Origin: a virus
DNA: 64,000 nt
Strand: one strand, 5' to 3'
Virus record (IMG/VR): IMGVR_UViG_3300044815_000115
Span: 1 to 64,000 of that record
The notes beneath the pieces are model-generated. The model searched no databases and had not been told where the DNA came from. It worked only from the letters and a program-made list of their open reading frames with translations. How positions within the stretch are numbered: position 1 is the first letter of the stretch; every line of letters begins with the position of its first letter. A program made the position numbers and the translations under genes. Of this stretch, positions 1-9,020 are shown piece by piece.

Positions 1-131
1 CGCGCTTCGGCGTACAGCCACGACCAGGTCTGCGACAGCCGCTCGAGCGGGTTGGTCCGCTCGTCGATGCGCTGCTCATGCTTGGTCCGTCTCCGCCGGG
101 CGGCGGCGCGGGTGCCGGTTTCGCGTGCCAT
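1..131 (-). CDS. hypothetical protein, partial (runs off the window)
   Basis: ATG at 131 with GAGGAGGGAA RBS; MARETGTRAAARRRRTKHEQRIDERTNPLERLSQTWSWLYAEA... Confidence 0.6.
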   Translation of the reverse strand, partial: MARETGTRAAARRRRTKHEQRIDERTNPLERLSQTWSWLYAEA

Positions 132-173
132 GCGCGCGCTTCCCTCCTCGGGGGTAGTTGGTGTTTGTGCAGG

Positions 174-239
174 TCAGAGCAGGTATCCGGCGGCGAACGC
201 GACGCCGAACAGCAGGACCAGGGCGACGAGCCAGCGCAT
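174..239 (-). CDS. 21-aa hydrophobic micropeptide
   Basis: MRWLVALVLLFGVAFAAGYLL, starts 1 nt after the upstream stop. Confidence 0.4.
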   Translation of the reverse strand: MRWLVALVLLFGVAFAAGYLL

Positions 240-240
240 G

Positions 241-519
241 TCAGTCCTCGTCCTGGATGGTCAGTTGCCGCCACACGCACAGCAGGAAGATTGCGACCGA
301 GGTGAGGATCGCCGCGACGGCCACCTCGACACCGCCGTGCTGACGGTGCAGGCCGGCGAACGCGACCGGCAGCGTGACCAGCAGCAATACGGCGGATGCG
401 CGGACCGCGGTGAACTTCGGCGGGGGCATCGGCGGGGCGGGTACGGGCGGCGGGGTCTCCACGAACCGGCCCTCGATGAAGGCCGTGGTGGAGGTGGTGC
501 GGGTGTCGAGGGTGGTCAT
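241..519 (-). CDS. small membrane protein (2 TM)
   Basis: Two hydrophobic segments; lies in the minus-strand operon. Confidence 0.65.
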   Translation of the reverse strand: MTTLDTRTTSTTAFIEGRFVETPPPVPAPPMPPPKFTAVRASAVLLLVTLPVAFAGLHRQHGGVEVAVAAILTSVAIFLLCVWRQLTIQDED

Positions 520-522
520 CGG

Positions 523-702
523 TCAGTCCTCGAACTTCGAAAAGCCGGACACGATCAAGTTCGGGGTGCCGTAGTGCTCGCGTAGGTCCCTCATGACGAC
601 CTCGACGTCGTCCATGTCGCGGATCGGCTCTGGACGGCTGATCTCGGTCCCTCCGAACCGGCCGTGCTCCGTCGTCCAGGCGATCAGGTAGTGGTGGGTC
701 AT
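523..702 (-). CDS. hypothetical protein (59 aa)
   Basis: MTHHYLIAWTTEHGRFGGTEISRPEPIRDMDDVE...; GAGGAG RBS; fills the operon gap. Confidence 0.6.
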   Translation of the reverse strand: MTHHYLIAWTTEHGRFGGTEISRPEPIRDMDDVEVVMRDLREHYGTPNLIVSGFSKFED

Positions 703-769
703 GATTCGCTCTCCTCAGAGGTGGTCGGGTGGTAGCCGTTCACGGGCGTCGTGACGGGCAGAGTGGACT

Positions 770-1452
770 CGGTGGAGGCGGTCTTCACTGGTTCATCGCC
801 TTGCCTCCAGAGGGCCCCTCCGAGCGCAGTTGCGCCTGGGCCTCCGTGACCGCCTCCTGAAGACGGGGGGCTCTCGCCCAGCCCACTCCGAGCTCGTTCA
901 CGATGGCCTGCTGCGACCACTCTCGAACGTCGCCAGAGGGCAGGTTCTTCGCCGCGTTGGAGGGGGTCTCCAGCAGGCGCTGAACTGCCTCTTCGTCGGT
1001 GAAGCGGGGCTTGGTGGAGGCCCTGCCGGATGCGGTCTTGGAGGGGCCTCTGGTGCGGGCCTGGCGGCGGTCCTCCAGGTTGATGGTGGAGTCCTCCGCG
1101 TACTTCTGCTTGAGACTTCGGAGACCCTCCGCATACTCGGCGGAGGCGGCCTCGGCACGCTTCTCGGAGTCGACCTGGAGGGTTTCCAGCCGCCGCTCCA
1201 GGTCCGCGATGGAGGCGTGGAGGGTGGCGACCTCGGAGGTGTGGAGGGCCACCGTGGAGGTGAGTTCGGAGGTGAGATGCTCTACCCGATGGAGGTGCGC
1301 ATCCCGTTCGGAGGTGACCTCCGACAGTCGCGCGGCGGAGTCATCAAGCTTCGCCTGGAGGTCCCCCACCGCCTTCTCGGAGGCTGCCAGGAACCGGCCG
1401 GTGGTGGTCAGTTCAGAGGTGGCCCGATGAAGCTTCGAGGTGCGCTCCTCCA
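770..1452. repeat. dense dispersed GGAGG/CCTCC short-repeat field
   Basis: 16 YGGAGG on the + strand (773-1383) plus about 9 CCTCC; none seen in the remaining ~850 bp of the same gene. Confidence 0.75.
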
Positions 1453-2305
1453 AGGCGACGACAAGCTGCCGGACCCGGGCCACCGGGTTGACCCGCATCC
1501 ACCAGCCGGGGCTGTCCACGGACGTCGCCCACCGCTGCTGCAGGGCAGCGTTGTAGCCCGTCCACGCCGCCTTCGGGTCGGTGACGTAGTTGTCGATCGA
1601 CCAGCGGCGAGCCAGGTAGGCGCGCAGCGGGAACGAGCGGATCCGGTCGCCGGAGAATGTGGCACCGGCCGCGTCGACGACGCCTTCCTTGCGCAGCTGG
1701 ACGTGCTGCATGCGGCGGGTGTGCAGGCCCCACAGCCACGGGGACAGCAGGGACAGCAGCCCGAACGCGGATGCTGCGGCGTTGACACCGAGCTTGTTGT
1801 CGGGGCTGAAGTCGGCGAAGTGCGCGTAGTTGATCGACGCCACGGCGGCGGCGATCGCGTAAGAGGCGCGGCGGAGTTGTGCGGCGGTCTTGCCGGCCTT
1901 GTTCATCAGGGCGTCGTGGGCGTGCCAGCCGACGTACACGGAGATGGACTCGATGGCGGCGGCGATGACCGCGGCGAGGGCGAGCTTGCCGGGGGTGGGC
2001 CAGCCGGCGGGGGCGACCTTCTCGTAGAAGAAGGCGACCTGCCCGTAGATGGCGGCGCCGTTGACGAGTAGCAGCGGCACGTACATGAGCCGCTTGGCCA
2101 CGTCGGTTTTGGCCTTGGCGGGTCTGCGGGCGATCAGGTAGGTGGCGACCGCTCCGGCGGTGACGCCGAGGAGCACGAGGCCTACCGAGAGAAGGGTGTT
2201 GTGCCCGCCCGCCCACACGCCGTCCGCCCAGCCGCCATCGACCGGGACCGTGGGGGTTCCGGACACGGCGGGGCCGTCGTCGGGCTGCAGGGGGATCAGG
2301 GGCAT
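785..2305 (-). CDS. SpdB2/DUF2637-like membrane protein with coiled coil and C-terminal HTH (plasmid/AICE spread-protein architecture)
   Basis: About 5 TM helices, long heptad region, C-terminal WSQQAIVNELGVGWARAPRL HTH-like motif. Confidence 0.6.
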   Translation of the reverse strand: MPLIPLQPDDGPAVSGTPTVPVDGGWADGVWAGGHNTLLSVGLVLLGVTAGAVATYLIARRPAKAKTDVAKRLMYVPLLLVNGAAIYGQVAFFYEKVAPAGWPTPGKLALAAVIAAAIESISVYVGWHAHDALMNKAGKTAAQLRRASYAIAAAVASINYAHFADFSPDNKLGVNAAASAFGLLSLLSPWLWGLHTRRMQHVQLRKEGVVDAAGATFSGDRIRSFPLRAYLARRWSIDNYVTDPKAAWTGYNAALQQRWATSVDSPGWWMRVNPVARVRQLVVALEERTSKLHRATSELTTTGRFLAASEKAVGDLQAKLDDSAARLSEVTSERDAHLHRVEHLTSELTSTVALHTSEVATLHASIADLERRLETLQVDSEKRAEAASAEYAEGLRSLKQKYAEDSTINLEDRRQARTRGPSKTASGRASTKPRFTDEEAVQRLLETPSNAAKNLPSGDVREWSQQAIVNELGVGWARAPRLQEAVTEAQAQLRSEGPSGGKAMNQ

Positions 2306-2330
2306 TAGGCAACTCTAACACGGATATCGA

Positions 2331-2348
2331 GATATCTCTAGGGATTTC
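2331..2348. promoter_or_regulatory. candidate operator in divergent promoter (GATATCTC-TA-GGGATTTC)
   Basis: Imperfect inverted repeat resembling the 9569-9586 palindrome. Confidence 0.5.
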
Positions 2349-2365
2349 TCGCCCTCGGCTATAGG

Positions 2366-2656
2366 ATGAGAGTCATGACCATGACCTCCCATGACGCCGA
2401 AATCAGCCCCCAGCTGATAAATCGGCTACGCGCAGACCGGCTACCACCACCGGCCAGACGACGCGAGATCCGCAAAGCGGCCCGGGCCACGCTGCTCGAC
2501 GTGGCAACCGAGTTGGGTGTGACGCAGCTGTCGGTCTCGAACTGGGAACGGGGGCTACACGAGCCGCGCCGCCGCTACATCCAGCCGTACCGCCGGCTGC
2601 TCGAGGTGCTGGCGGAACTCGCCGCAGAAGAGGTCTCTCAGCAGGGCCGGAAATGA
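2366..2656 (+). CDS. XRE-family HTH regulator
   Basis: RREIRKAARATLLDVATELGVTQLSVSNWERGLHEP. Confidence 0.85.
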   Translation: MRVMTMTSHDAEISPQLINRLRADRLPPPARRREIRKAARATLLDVATELGVTQLSVSNWERGLHEPRRRYIQPYRRLLEVLAELAAEEVSQQGRK

Positions 2657-3105
2657 CGACGGCCGAGGTGCACGAACACCCCGGCCGCTCAGCCCGCCCA
2701 CGTAGTGCGAATACGCAGGAGAGAACCTTGACGGTAACTCAGGACGCGGGGTATGTCAGCCCTCCCCCCGACACCGAAGCCACCTACACCGCGGCCGAAC
2801 TGCTCGAGGTGGTCCTCGCCGCGTACGAGCGCGGGCTGAACGACGCGGCGAGCCAAGACGGCCGTGACCACTGGAACCGGCCCGAGCTGATCGCCGGCTT
2901 CCGGGAGCAACGCAAAGCCGCCGAGATTCGGGCCATGCGCGAACGGGCCGCATCCCGCTACCTGGTCCGCGGGCTCACCGACGGCTACGACTACAAAGGT
3001 GGTCCGGTGGACTTCGAGACGGGCATGCCGCTCGGATCCGCCTGCGCGTGGCTACGGCGCCAGCGCGCTCGTCCCGCGTACGAGTTGGCAGGCGGCGACC
3101 AGTGA
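2653..3105 (+). CDS. hypothetical protein
   Basis: ATGA/GTGA overlaps with both neighbours; true start may be ~2728. Confidence 0.6.
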   Translation: MTTAEVHEHPGRSARPRSANTQERTLTVTQDAGYVSPPPDTEATYTAAELLEVVLAAYERGLNDAASQDGRDHWNRPELIAGFREQRKAAEIRAMRERAASRYLVRGLTDGYDYKGGPVDFETGMPLGSACAWLRRQRARPAYELAGGDQ

Positions 3106-4580
3106 CCGACGAAGAGCCGCTCTGGGGTGACGAGCTCACCGACCCCAGCTTCGAACCACCCGACGACCCCTGGGCGGCGCCGGAAACCGTGGCCGCGAGA
3201 GCCCTCGACGCCGGCGAGAAGGCCGTGCCGCTGGCCAACCTGCCCGAAGAGTTCTGGGGTGCCCGCCAACTGTTCAAAGACGTCCGGCAGGCGGCACACG
3301 CCACGGTCAACTCCGCCGACGCGGTCCTCGGCAGCGTGCTCGCGCGCGCGTCAGGAATGGTCTCGCACGAGCTCCGGTTCGACTCCGGTCGCGGCCCGAA
3401 CGGGTCACTGAACCTGTTCGTCGCGATCGTCGCCCCCTCGGGCATCGGCAAGACGACCGCCGTGCAATGCGCCGACGACCTGGTCATGACGCCGCGGTAC
3501 CTGTCCTGCGGGGAGGGTCGCAGCGACATGGACCGGTTCCGCGACGGCGTCGGGCTGGGTACAGGCGAAGGGATCGCCGAGGCGTACATGGGGATGATCG
3601 AACGCCCCACCGGCGCCGTCCAGGCCCGGTCCACGAAGACCGCGAACGCCGGCGACCCGGTGATGAAGGCGGAACGCGGCCAGGTCCGCCACAACGCGTT
3701 CCTCTATCTCGACGAGGGTCAAACCCTTTCGAAGATGATGAAGGAACGGCAGGGCACGACCATCGGCGCGACGATCAGGACCGCCTGGACCGGTCAGGCC
3801 CTCGGTCAGGCGAACGCACAGGAGGCCACGACCCGGTTCGTGGGGCGGAACATGTACTCGCTGGGCATGGTGATCGGATACCAGCCCGCGGTCGCCCAGG
3901 ATCTGCTGTCCGACGGCGGCCCGGGCACACCGCAGCGGTTCCTGTGGCTGTCGGCGCTGGACCCGAACATCCCCGAGGATGGTCCGTTCATGCCGGCGCG
4001 GGTCGTTCTGCCGCTCGAGACCGTCGACGGGCTGGCGTTGTCCGGCGTGGTGAGCTTTCCGGAGGCATACAAAGCCGATCTTCGGCGGGCGCACCGGGCG
4101 AAGGTGATCGCTGAGGTTGCGGTCGACGAGTTGGATTCCCACGAGCCGCTGATGCTGTGCAAGCTTGCCGCCTTGTTCTGTGTGCTCGACGCGCGGATGG
4201 CCGTGTCGGGCGAGGACATCGAGTTGGCGAACCTGCTGTGGCGGGTGTCGTGCGCGACGCGGGACCGGCTGATGGAGTTCGGCCGGCAGGAGGCGCAACG
4301 GCGTAAGGCGGAAAAGTTGGCGACGAGGATCGCCGAGACTGAGGCGGTCAGTCTTGCAACGAGGGGCGTCGACCACACGATCGACCGGGTGGCTCGGCTG
4401 ATTTTCCGGCGGGTGCGGTCACATGAGGGGCCTGCACTGCGGTATCTGCTGCGCAAGAACATCGGCTCGGCCAACAAGCCCTATTTCGATGCCGCCCTTG
4501 CGCATGCGAAGGGTCAGCGGTGGGTGGCGACGGACGAGGACGACCGCGAGGTTCTGCTGGGGTCGGCGACCCCCCTGTGA
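3102..4580 (+). CDS. DUF3987/YfjI-like P-loop replication protein (putative helicase)
   Basis: LNLFVAIVAPSGIGKTT Walker A, FLYLDE Walker B, GTPQRFLW motif. Confidence 0.7.
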   Translation: MTDEEPLWGDELTDPSFEPPDDPWAAPETVAARALDAGEKAVPLANLPEEFWGARQLFKDVRQAAHATVNSADAVLGSVLARASGMVSHELRFDSGRGPNGSLNLFVAIVAPSGIGKTTAVQCADDLVMTPRYLSCGEGRSDMDRFRDGVGLGTGEGIAEAYMGMIERPTGAVQARSTKTANAGDPVMKAERGQVRHNAFLYLDEGQTLSKMMKERQGTTIGATIRTAWTGQALGQANAQEATTRFVGRNMYSLGMVIGYQPAVAQDLLSDGGPGTPQRFLWLSALDPNIPEDGPFMPARVVLPLETVDGLALSGVVSFPEAYKADLRRAHRAKVIAEVAVDELDSHEPLMLCKLAALFCVLDARMAVSGEDIELANLLWRVSCATRDRLMEFGRQEAQRRKAEKLATRIAETEAVSLATRGVDHTIDRVARLIFRRVRSHEGPALRYLLRKNIGSANKPYFDAALAHAKGQRWVATDEDDREVLLGSATPL

Positions 4581-4581
4581 T

Positions 4582-4866
4582 TGGGGGGCGAAGGGGGGCG
4601 ATCGCCCCCCATGGGGCTAACGAACAACACAAAACCGAGATTTTTTCGGGATCTTGCAATTGCCCAAAATCCGGTGCCTGAGCTGCATAGATAGATAAAT
4701 ATCAATATCAAAGAGGGGTGACTACGCGCGAGGGTGTCTGTGGGGTAGTGGGGGGGGGGGGGGCGGGGGGGGGGGCGGGCGGGGGGGGGGGGGGGGGCGG
4801 GGGGGGGGGGGGGGGGGGCGTGGGTGTCTGTGGGGTAGTGGGGGGCGATCGCCCCCCCGCCCCCCA
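4582..4866. other. candidate replication origin after the DUF3987 gene; central poly-G part probably misassembled
   Basis: GGGGGGCGATCGCCCCCC palindromes at ~4594 and ~4840 flank an AT-rich core; GGGTGTCTGTGGGGTAGTGGGGGG is duplicated around a poly-G run. Confidence 0.45.
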
Positions 4867-5123
4867 CGCAGGCCAACCGCCCCCCACCCTCGATGCGCCT
4901 TTGACCTTCGAATGACAGGAGATCCAGGATGCCGACCCCGTTCGGAGAACAGACTTCCGTCGACGAACTGTCCCTGATCCGACAGCCGGACTGTGATCAA
5001 CCCGATACGCTCAGTACTCGTGCCGTCAACGCTGCGGAGGCACCCATGCCAATCAGCGCACTCCTGACACGAACGACGGAACAGTGGGCTGCGCAACCGC
5101 GCCAACGGCAGTACGTTGCGGCG

Positions 5124-5588
5124 ATGACTACGAGCGCCAACTCCGTCATCGCAGCCATAGATGCTCGGCGTCCCGGCATGACCATCAACAAGCTGCAACT
5201 GCTGCTGTTCTTCGCCCAGGGCCACCACCTCGGCTGGCGCGGGCAAGCATTGTTCGACGAACCCATGTACGCCACCGAACGGGGCGTGGCCGTCGAGGAC
5301 GTCCCCGGCGAAGACACCCCGGCCCTGCAGGGGGAAGGCCCGCTGAACACCGTCGGATACGTGGTCGAACGCTACGCAGCCTTGTCACCGGCCGATTTGC
5401 GGACACTGATTCAGGCGTCCCAGCCGTGGCAGGCCACCACCAAGCCGGGCGCTGGCCCACGCATCGAATGGGCGCATCTACGCGACTGGTTCCGCCGCCC
5501 TGATGAGACTGACGACCCGGACGACGAGCGGCCCAACCGCGCCGAGATGGCCGAAGCCATGGGGTTCTGGCGATCGCTGAACAGCTGA
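5124..5588 (+). CDS. Panacea (DUF4065/SocA-like) antitoxin-domain protein
   Basis: MTINKLQLLLFFAQGHHL...LFDEPMYATERGVAV...PW motifs; TACGTT -10 just upstream suggests a leaderless start. Confidence 0.75.
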   Translation: MTTSANSVIAAIDARRPGMTINKLQLLLFFAQGHHLGWRGQALFDEPMYATERGVAVEDVPGEDTPALQGEGPLNTVGYVVERYAALSPADLRTLIQASQPWQATTKPGAGPRIEWAHLRDWFRRPDETDDPDDERPNRAEMAEAMGFWRSLNS

Positions 5589-5607
5589 CGACTTGCGAGG
5601 GGGATGC

Positions 5608-5988
5608 GTGGTTGACGCGTACGGCACCTTCGGCACGTGGAAGCTCGATGATTTCGAACCCGGACTCAACGACTGGTTCGACCGCGAGCATCCCCCGTCA
5701 GACTTGTTCGAGCAGGTCCAAGCGTGGTGGCCGCGCCTGGAGCACTCCAGTGAGCGAACCCACGCTCATCCGGCAACCGATGAGGCCACCGCCGACGGGG
5801 GCGGCGAGGACAACGTCTTCGTCATACTCGTGCCAGGCTGCTCCGTCCCGGACGAGTCCAAGGGGATGCTTCGTGCGTTGTGCATCTTCCAGGTCTTTGA
5901 GGTAGGCCACCGGGTGGTGTGCCGCGCATTCCACACCGTGCGGTCGACGGCGCCCGCCGAGGTGGACCGGGCGGACGGTATGGGTTAG
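5608..5988 (+). CDS. candidate toxin partner of Panacea (possibly RelE-like fold)
   Basis: Directly follows Panacea with a GAGGGGG RBS; helices followed by beta-strand-like C-terminus. Confidence 0.5.
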   Translation: MVDAYGTFGTWKLDDFEPGLNDWFDREHPPSDLFEQVQAWWPRLEHSSERTHAHPATDEATADGGGEDNVFVILVPGCSVPDESKGMLRALCIFQVFEVGHRVVCRAFHTVRSTAPAEVDRADGMG

Positions 5989-6013
5989 CCGGTAACGGCG
6001 CTACCCTGAGGGC

Positions 6014-6190
6014 ATGGAGCATGACACCGACGCGCAGAGCGACTCGGCCCCCGCAACGGCCGGCGTGGGCACCCCGCAGGGCCGTGAGCGCGCCCGTAGG
6101 CTCCTCGCCGACGGACGTGACCGGATGAGCCAGCAGGACTGGGCCGACCTGCGGGAGCGGTTCGGTGTCCGCGTGCGGCACGTGGCGTGA
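6014..6190 (+). CDS. short antitoxin-like peptide (58 aa)
   Basis: ...TPQGRERARRLLADGRDRMSQQDWADLRERFG; GTGA overlap with the PIN gene; TACCCT -10 just upstream. Confidence 0.55.
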   Translation: MEHDTDAQSDSAPATAGVGTPQGRERARRLLADGRDRMSQQDWADLRERFGVRVRHVA

Positions 6191-6582
6191 CCGATAGGCC
6201 TGTCACGCTCGTCCTGGACACCTCCGCGATCATCGCCTACACCCGGGCCGAAACCGCCATCCACGTCGGTGACGTGCTGGTCCAGGTGGTCGACGAGGAT
6301 GCGCTGGCTGTTCTGCCGGCGTCCTGCCTCGCCGAGGCACTGCCGTCGGTCGCCGACCCGGACATGCTGGATCTGCTGGTGGCGCATGAGGCGACCACAG
6401 TCCTCGCGGACGGCCCCGACATGTGGCGGGACCTCGCGGCGATGGTGGAGATCACCGGCCGTCCGGACTCGGCGTCCGCGGCACTCGCAGCGATCGACTT
6501 CACCGCGAGCATCCTCACCCGCGCCCCACTGTTGTACGCCGGGCTCCGCGACGGCCGGATGGTCATCCCGATCGGCGAATAG
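6187..6582 (+). CDS. PIN-domain (VapC-like) protein
   Basis: VTLVLDTSAIIAY, CLAEA and other PIN-like motifs. Confidence 0.7.
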   Translation: MTDRPVTLVLDTSAIIAYTRAETAIHVGDVLVQVVDEDALAVLPASCLAEALPSVADPDMLDLLVAHEATTVLADGPDMWRDLAAMVEITGRPDSASAALAAIDFTASILTRAPLLYAGLRDGRMVIPIGE

Positions 6583-6756
6583 TCGCCAGCCGCTCACCGA
6601 TGGTTGCCGTGGGCGCCCCGACCGGCTGAGATCACTGTCCTATGAGGCCTCTTCCGATCTTCGACGGTTGCCGATGGGATGGGGTGCGGTCGGCCTTCTC
6701 GGACCGGGGGCCGGCCACTAACCGGTCTGGTCCCGGTCTGCGTCTGGAGCCCTCTC

Positions 6757-7530
6757 GTGTCGTACGACCCGTATCCCCCGCAACCCGACCCGGACCGGCC
6801 GGTTCAGGAGTACGGGCATCCCGCACCGCAGGCGCCGCGTAGGCCGTGGTGGCCGTGGGCCGCCCTGGCTGCCGCGGTGCTGTTGCTCGCGAGCGGCACC
6901 TGGTACGCGTACGAGTATCGGATCAAGAAGGACTCGGGCATCGCCGCGTGCGAGGCGTTCCGCGACCAGGGCAAGGTTGCCGGCGCGTCCGCAGAAAGCC
7001 CGACCGGCGACAAGCTGACCGAGGCCGAGTACCGCAAGCTGCGGAAGGTGTTCGAGGACTCCCGCCACGACGACATCCGCGAAAAGGGCACCAAGCTGAT
7101 GGATGTCCTCTGGCAGGTGACCCAGTTGGGCGACAATCCCGGCCTGGAGGCACTGCCCTTCGTGGGTCAGATGATGGACGCGGTCTCGGATATGCAGACG
7201 GCGTGCGCGAACCACGGTGTCATCGTCGTGTTCGACATGGGCGGTGCGTCGCCGAGCGACTCACCCGACGTAAAGGCGAAATGCAGTGACGTGTTCCGCA
7301 GCGGCGAGCTCATTGACGAGGTGAAGGCGTCCGCCGGGTGTTCCGACGGCGACGGCGATCCTGGGGCTATCGGCGACTTCCCCTGCGCAGACGGCACCCA
7401 CCTGTTCTCTGCGACCGACGTTCCGGGCGTCACGAACGGCTGGGGCTGGGGCGGGCAGCAATACCGGGCGACGGGCAACCCGGCGGACGATCCGGCCTAC
7501 CAGAAGGCCATGGCGCGCTGCTATCCGTAG
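6757..7530 (+). CDS. membrane-anchored extracellular protein
   Basis: Pro-rich N-terminus, single TM (WWPWAALAAAVLLLASGTWY), Cys pairs in two domains. Confidence 0.7.
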   Translation: MSYDPYPPQPDPDRPVQEYGHPAPQAPRRPWWPWAALAAAVLLLASGTWYAYEYRIKKDSGIAACEAFRDQGKVAGASAESPTGDKLTEAEYRKLRKVFEDSRHDDIREKGTKLMDVLWQVTQLGDNPGLEALPFVGQMMDAVSDMQTACANHGVIVVFDMGGASPSDSPDVKAKCSDVFRSGELIDEVKASAGCSDGDGDPGAIGDFPCADGTHLFSATDVPGVTNGWGWGGQQYRATGNPADDPAYQKAMARCYP

Positions 7531-7537
7531 TCCGGAC

Positions 7538-7582
7538 AACGAAAGCACCCCCGGCCGGTCGGCTCGGGGGCGCTTCGTCGTT
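7538..7582. terminator. bidirectional terminator hairpin
   Basis: GAAAGCACCCCCG...CGGGGGCGCTTCG between convergent genes. Confidence 0.6.
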
Positions 7583-7590
7583 CAGTGGAT

Positions 7591-8142
7591 CTAGGTTGTC
7601 GCGTTGCCCTTCTCGCGGGCGGCACGGATGGCCAGGTCACGGAACCTGCGGGCCTCGGCAACCTCAGGCTCGTCGACCAGCAGTTCGACGCGCACACGGA
7701 AGCCCTTGTCGTCGAAGAACATCAGGACGAGCCGCTCGTCGTCGAGGAGCCACCAGTCCTGTTCGCCCGCGGCCGGCAACAGTCCCACCTCGTGCGCCCG
7801 GCGCCGCGTCAGGTAGTCGATCGTCTCCCCCGCTTCACGGTTCCAGCGGTCCATCCACCGCATCCACCGCTGGTAGTCGGTGATCGGTTCGTCGACGATC
7901 CGGACACGGCCGACCGTCTTGCCTTCCGACGTCTGCTGTGCGACCTGCCTCATCCACGCCCCGAGGTCCGGGTTGTCGGTGGGGGGCTGGGGGTGACCGG
8001 CGAGGAAGTCGTCGAACTGCTGGTGTTCGTAGCCGATGAAGTAGGCGCGCTGCTGCTCGAACCGCCACGCCGAGCGCGTGAAACCCTCGAACACCTCCCA
8101 GAACTCGGTGCCCGGGCCGCCGTCTGTGAGCGTGCGTCGCAT
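7591..8142 (-). CDS. DUF6879 family protein
   Basis: FTRSAWRFEQQRAY, RVRIVDEPITDYQRW, AGETIDYL and DWWLLDD motifs. Confidence 0.8.
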   Translation of the reverse strand: MRRTLTDGGPGTEFWEVFEGFTRSAWRFEQQRAYFIGYEHQQFDDFLAGHPQPPTDNPDLGAWMRQVAQQTSEGKTVGRVRIVDEPITDYQRWMRWMDRWNREAGETIDYLTRRRAHEVGLLPAAGEQDWWLLDDERLVLMFFDDKGFRVRVELLVDEPEVAEARRFRDLAIRAAREKGNATT

Positions 8143-8144
8143 GG

Positions 8145-9020
8145 CTACCCCTCCACCTCCTGCTGCCCTTTCCGCGCCTCTCGGGCGTGGTGGGCCATGG
8201 CCGCGTCGATCAGCTCGCGGGCCTCATCGCCCTCCTTGGCGTCCTGCCAGACGTCGGCCATCACCTCGTCGTATTTGATCCACTGTTCGGTGTTCTGCGC
8301 GTCGTCGTTGTAGTAGGTCTCCACGATGCCGACGTCGCCGTAGATCTCGAAACTGTTACGCACCGGGTCGTGGTACTTGCCGTAGACGGGCAAGATGCCG
8401 ATGCGCACGTTGGGAAGCTCGGTGGCGTCAAGGATCCGCTTGACCTGGGCGTGCATGATGGCCGCGGTTGCGGTGTTCCGCGTGAGGACCGTCTCGTCGA
8501 TGACGAATTGATACTGGTGCTTGCCGTCGTACATGAACCTCTGGCACTCGAGGCGCGCCTGGGCAGCGGCGTCGACGTCGTCCGCAGTCTTGTGCAGGTT
8601 CTTCGAGCCCACCATGATGGCGCGGGCGTAGTCGAACGTCTGCAGCAGGCGGGGAACGAATGACCGTTCGAGCATCCTGACGACCTCGGACTGTTCGATC
8701 AGCTCGTTGTAGTCGCGCTGCCGCTGCTCCTGACCCTGTTTGAGCCGGCGCTCGAAGCTGCTGTGGTTCTCGTCCGCCTCGGCGAGGATCGCGATGAGTT
8801 CCTCGGCGACGCTGCCGGCGGCGCCGGCTGCCGTCACCCAGGCGCGGATGTCTTCCTCGGTGGGTAGTTGCTGCCCGAGGCGTAGTTTCGAAACCTTCGA
8901 CGGCCGCATGCCGACCCGGGCTGCGAAGTCGACGCCGGCGGTTTTGCCTTGCAACTGCCGGAGTCGGGTGGCGAGGCCACCGGGCTCCAGTAGCCACTGC
9001 TGCTGCTTGAGATCCTGCAC
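8145..9020 (-). CDS. XRE HTH + DUF5753 transcriptional regulator
   Basis: N-terminal HTH (SKVSKLRLGQQLP), VPRLLQTFDYARA, FVIDETVL, LPNVRIGILP. Confidence 0.85.
   Translation of the reverse strand: MQDLKQQQWLLEPGGLATRLRQLQGKTAGVDFAARVGMRPSKVSKLRLGQQLPTEEDIRAWVTAAGAAGSVAEELIAILAEADENHSSFERRLKQGQEQRQRDYNELIEQSEVVRMLERSFVPRLLQTFDYARAIMVGSKNLHKTADDVDAAAQARLECQRFMYDGKHQYQFVIDETVLTRNTATAAIMHAQVKRILDATELPNVRIGILPVYGKYHDPVRNSFEIYGDVGIVETYYNDDAQNTEQWIKYDEVMADVWQDAKEGDEARELIDAAMAHHAREARKGQQEVEG

Noticed and set aside
4514-4915. Poly-Pro/poly-Gly ORFs in the ORF track
   Set aside because: They are products of the low-complexity G tract, which is probably partly artefactual.
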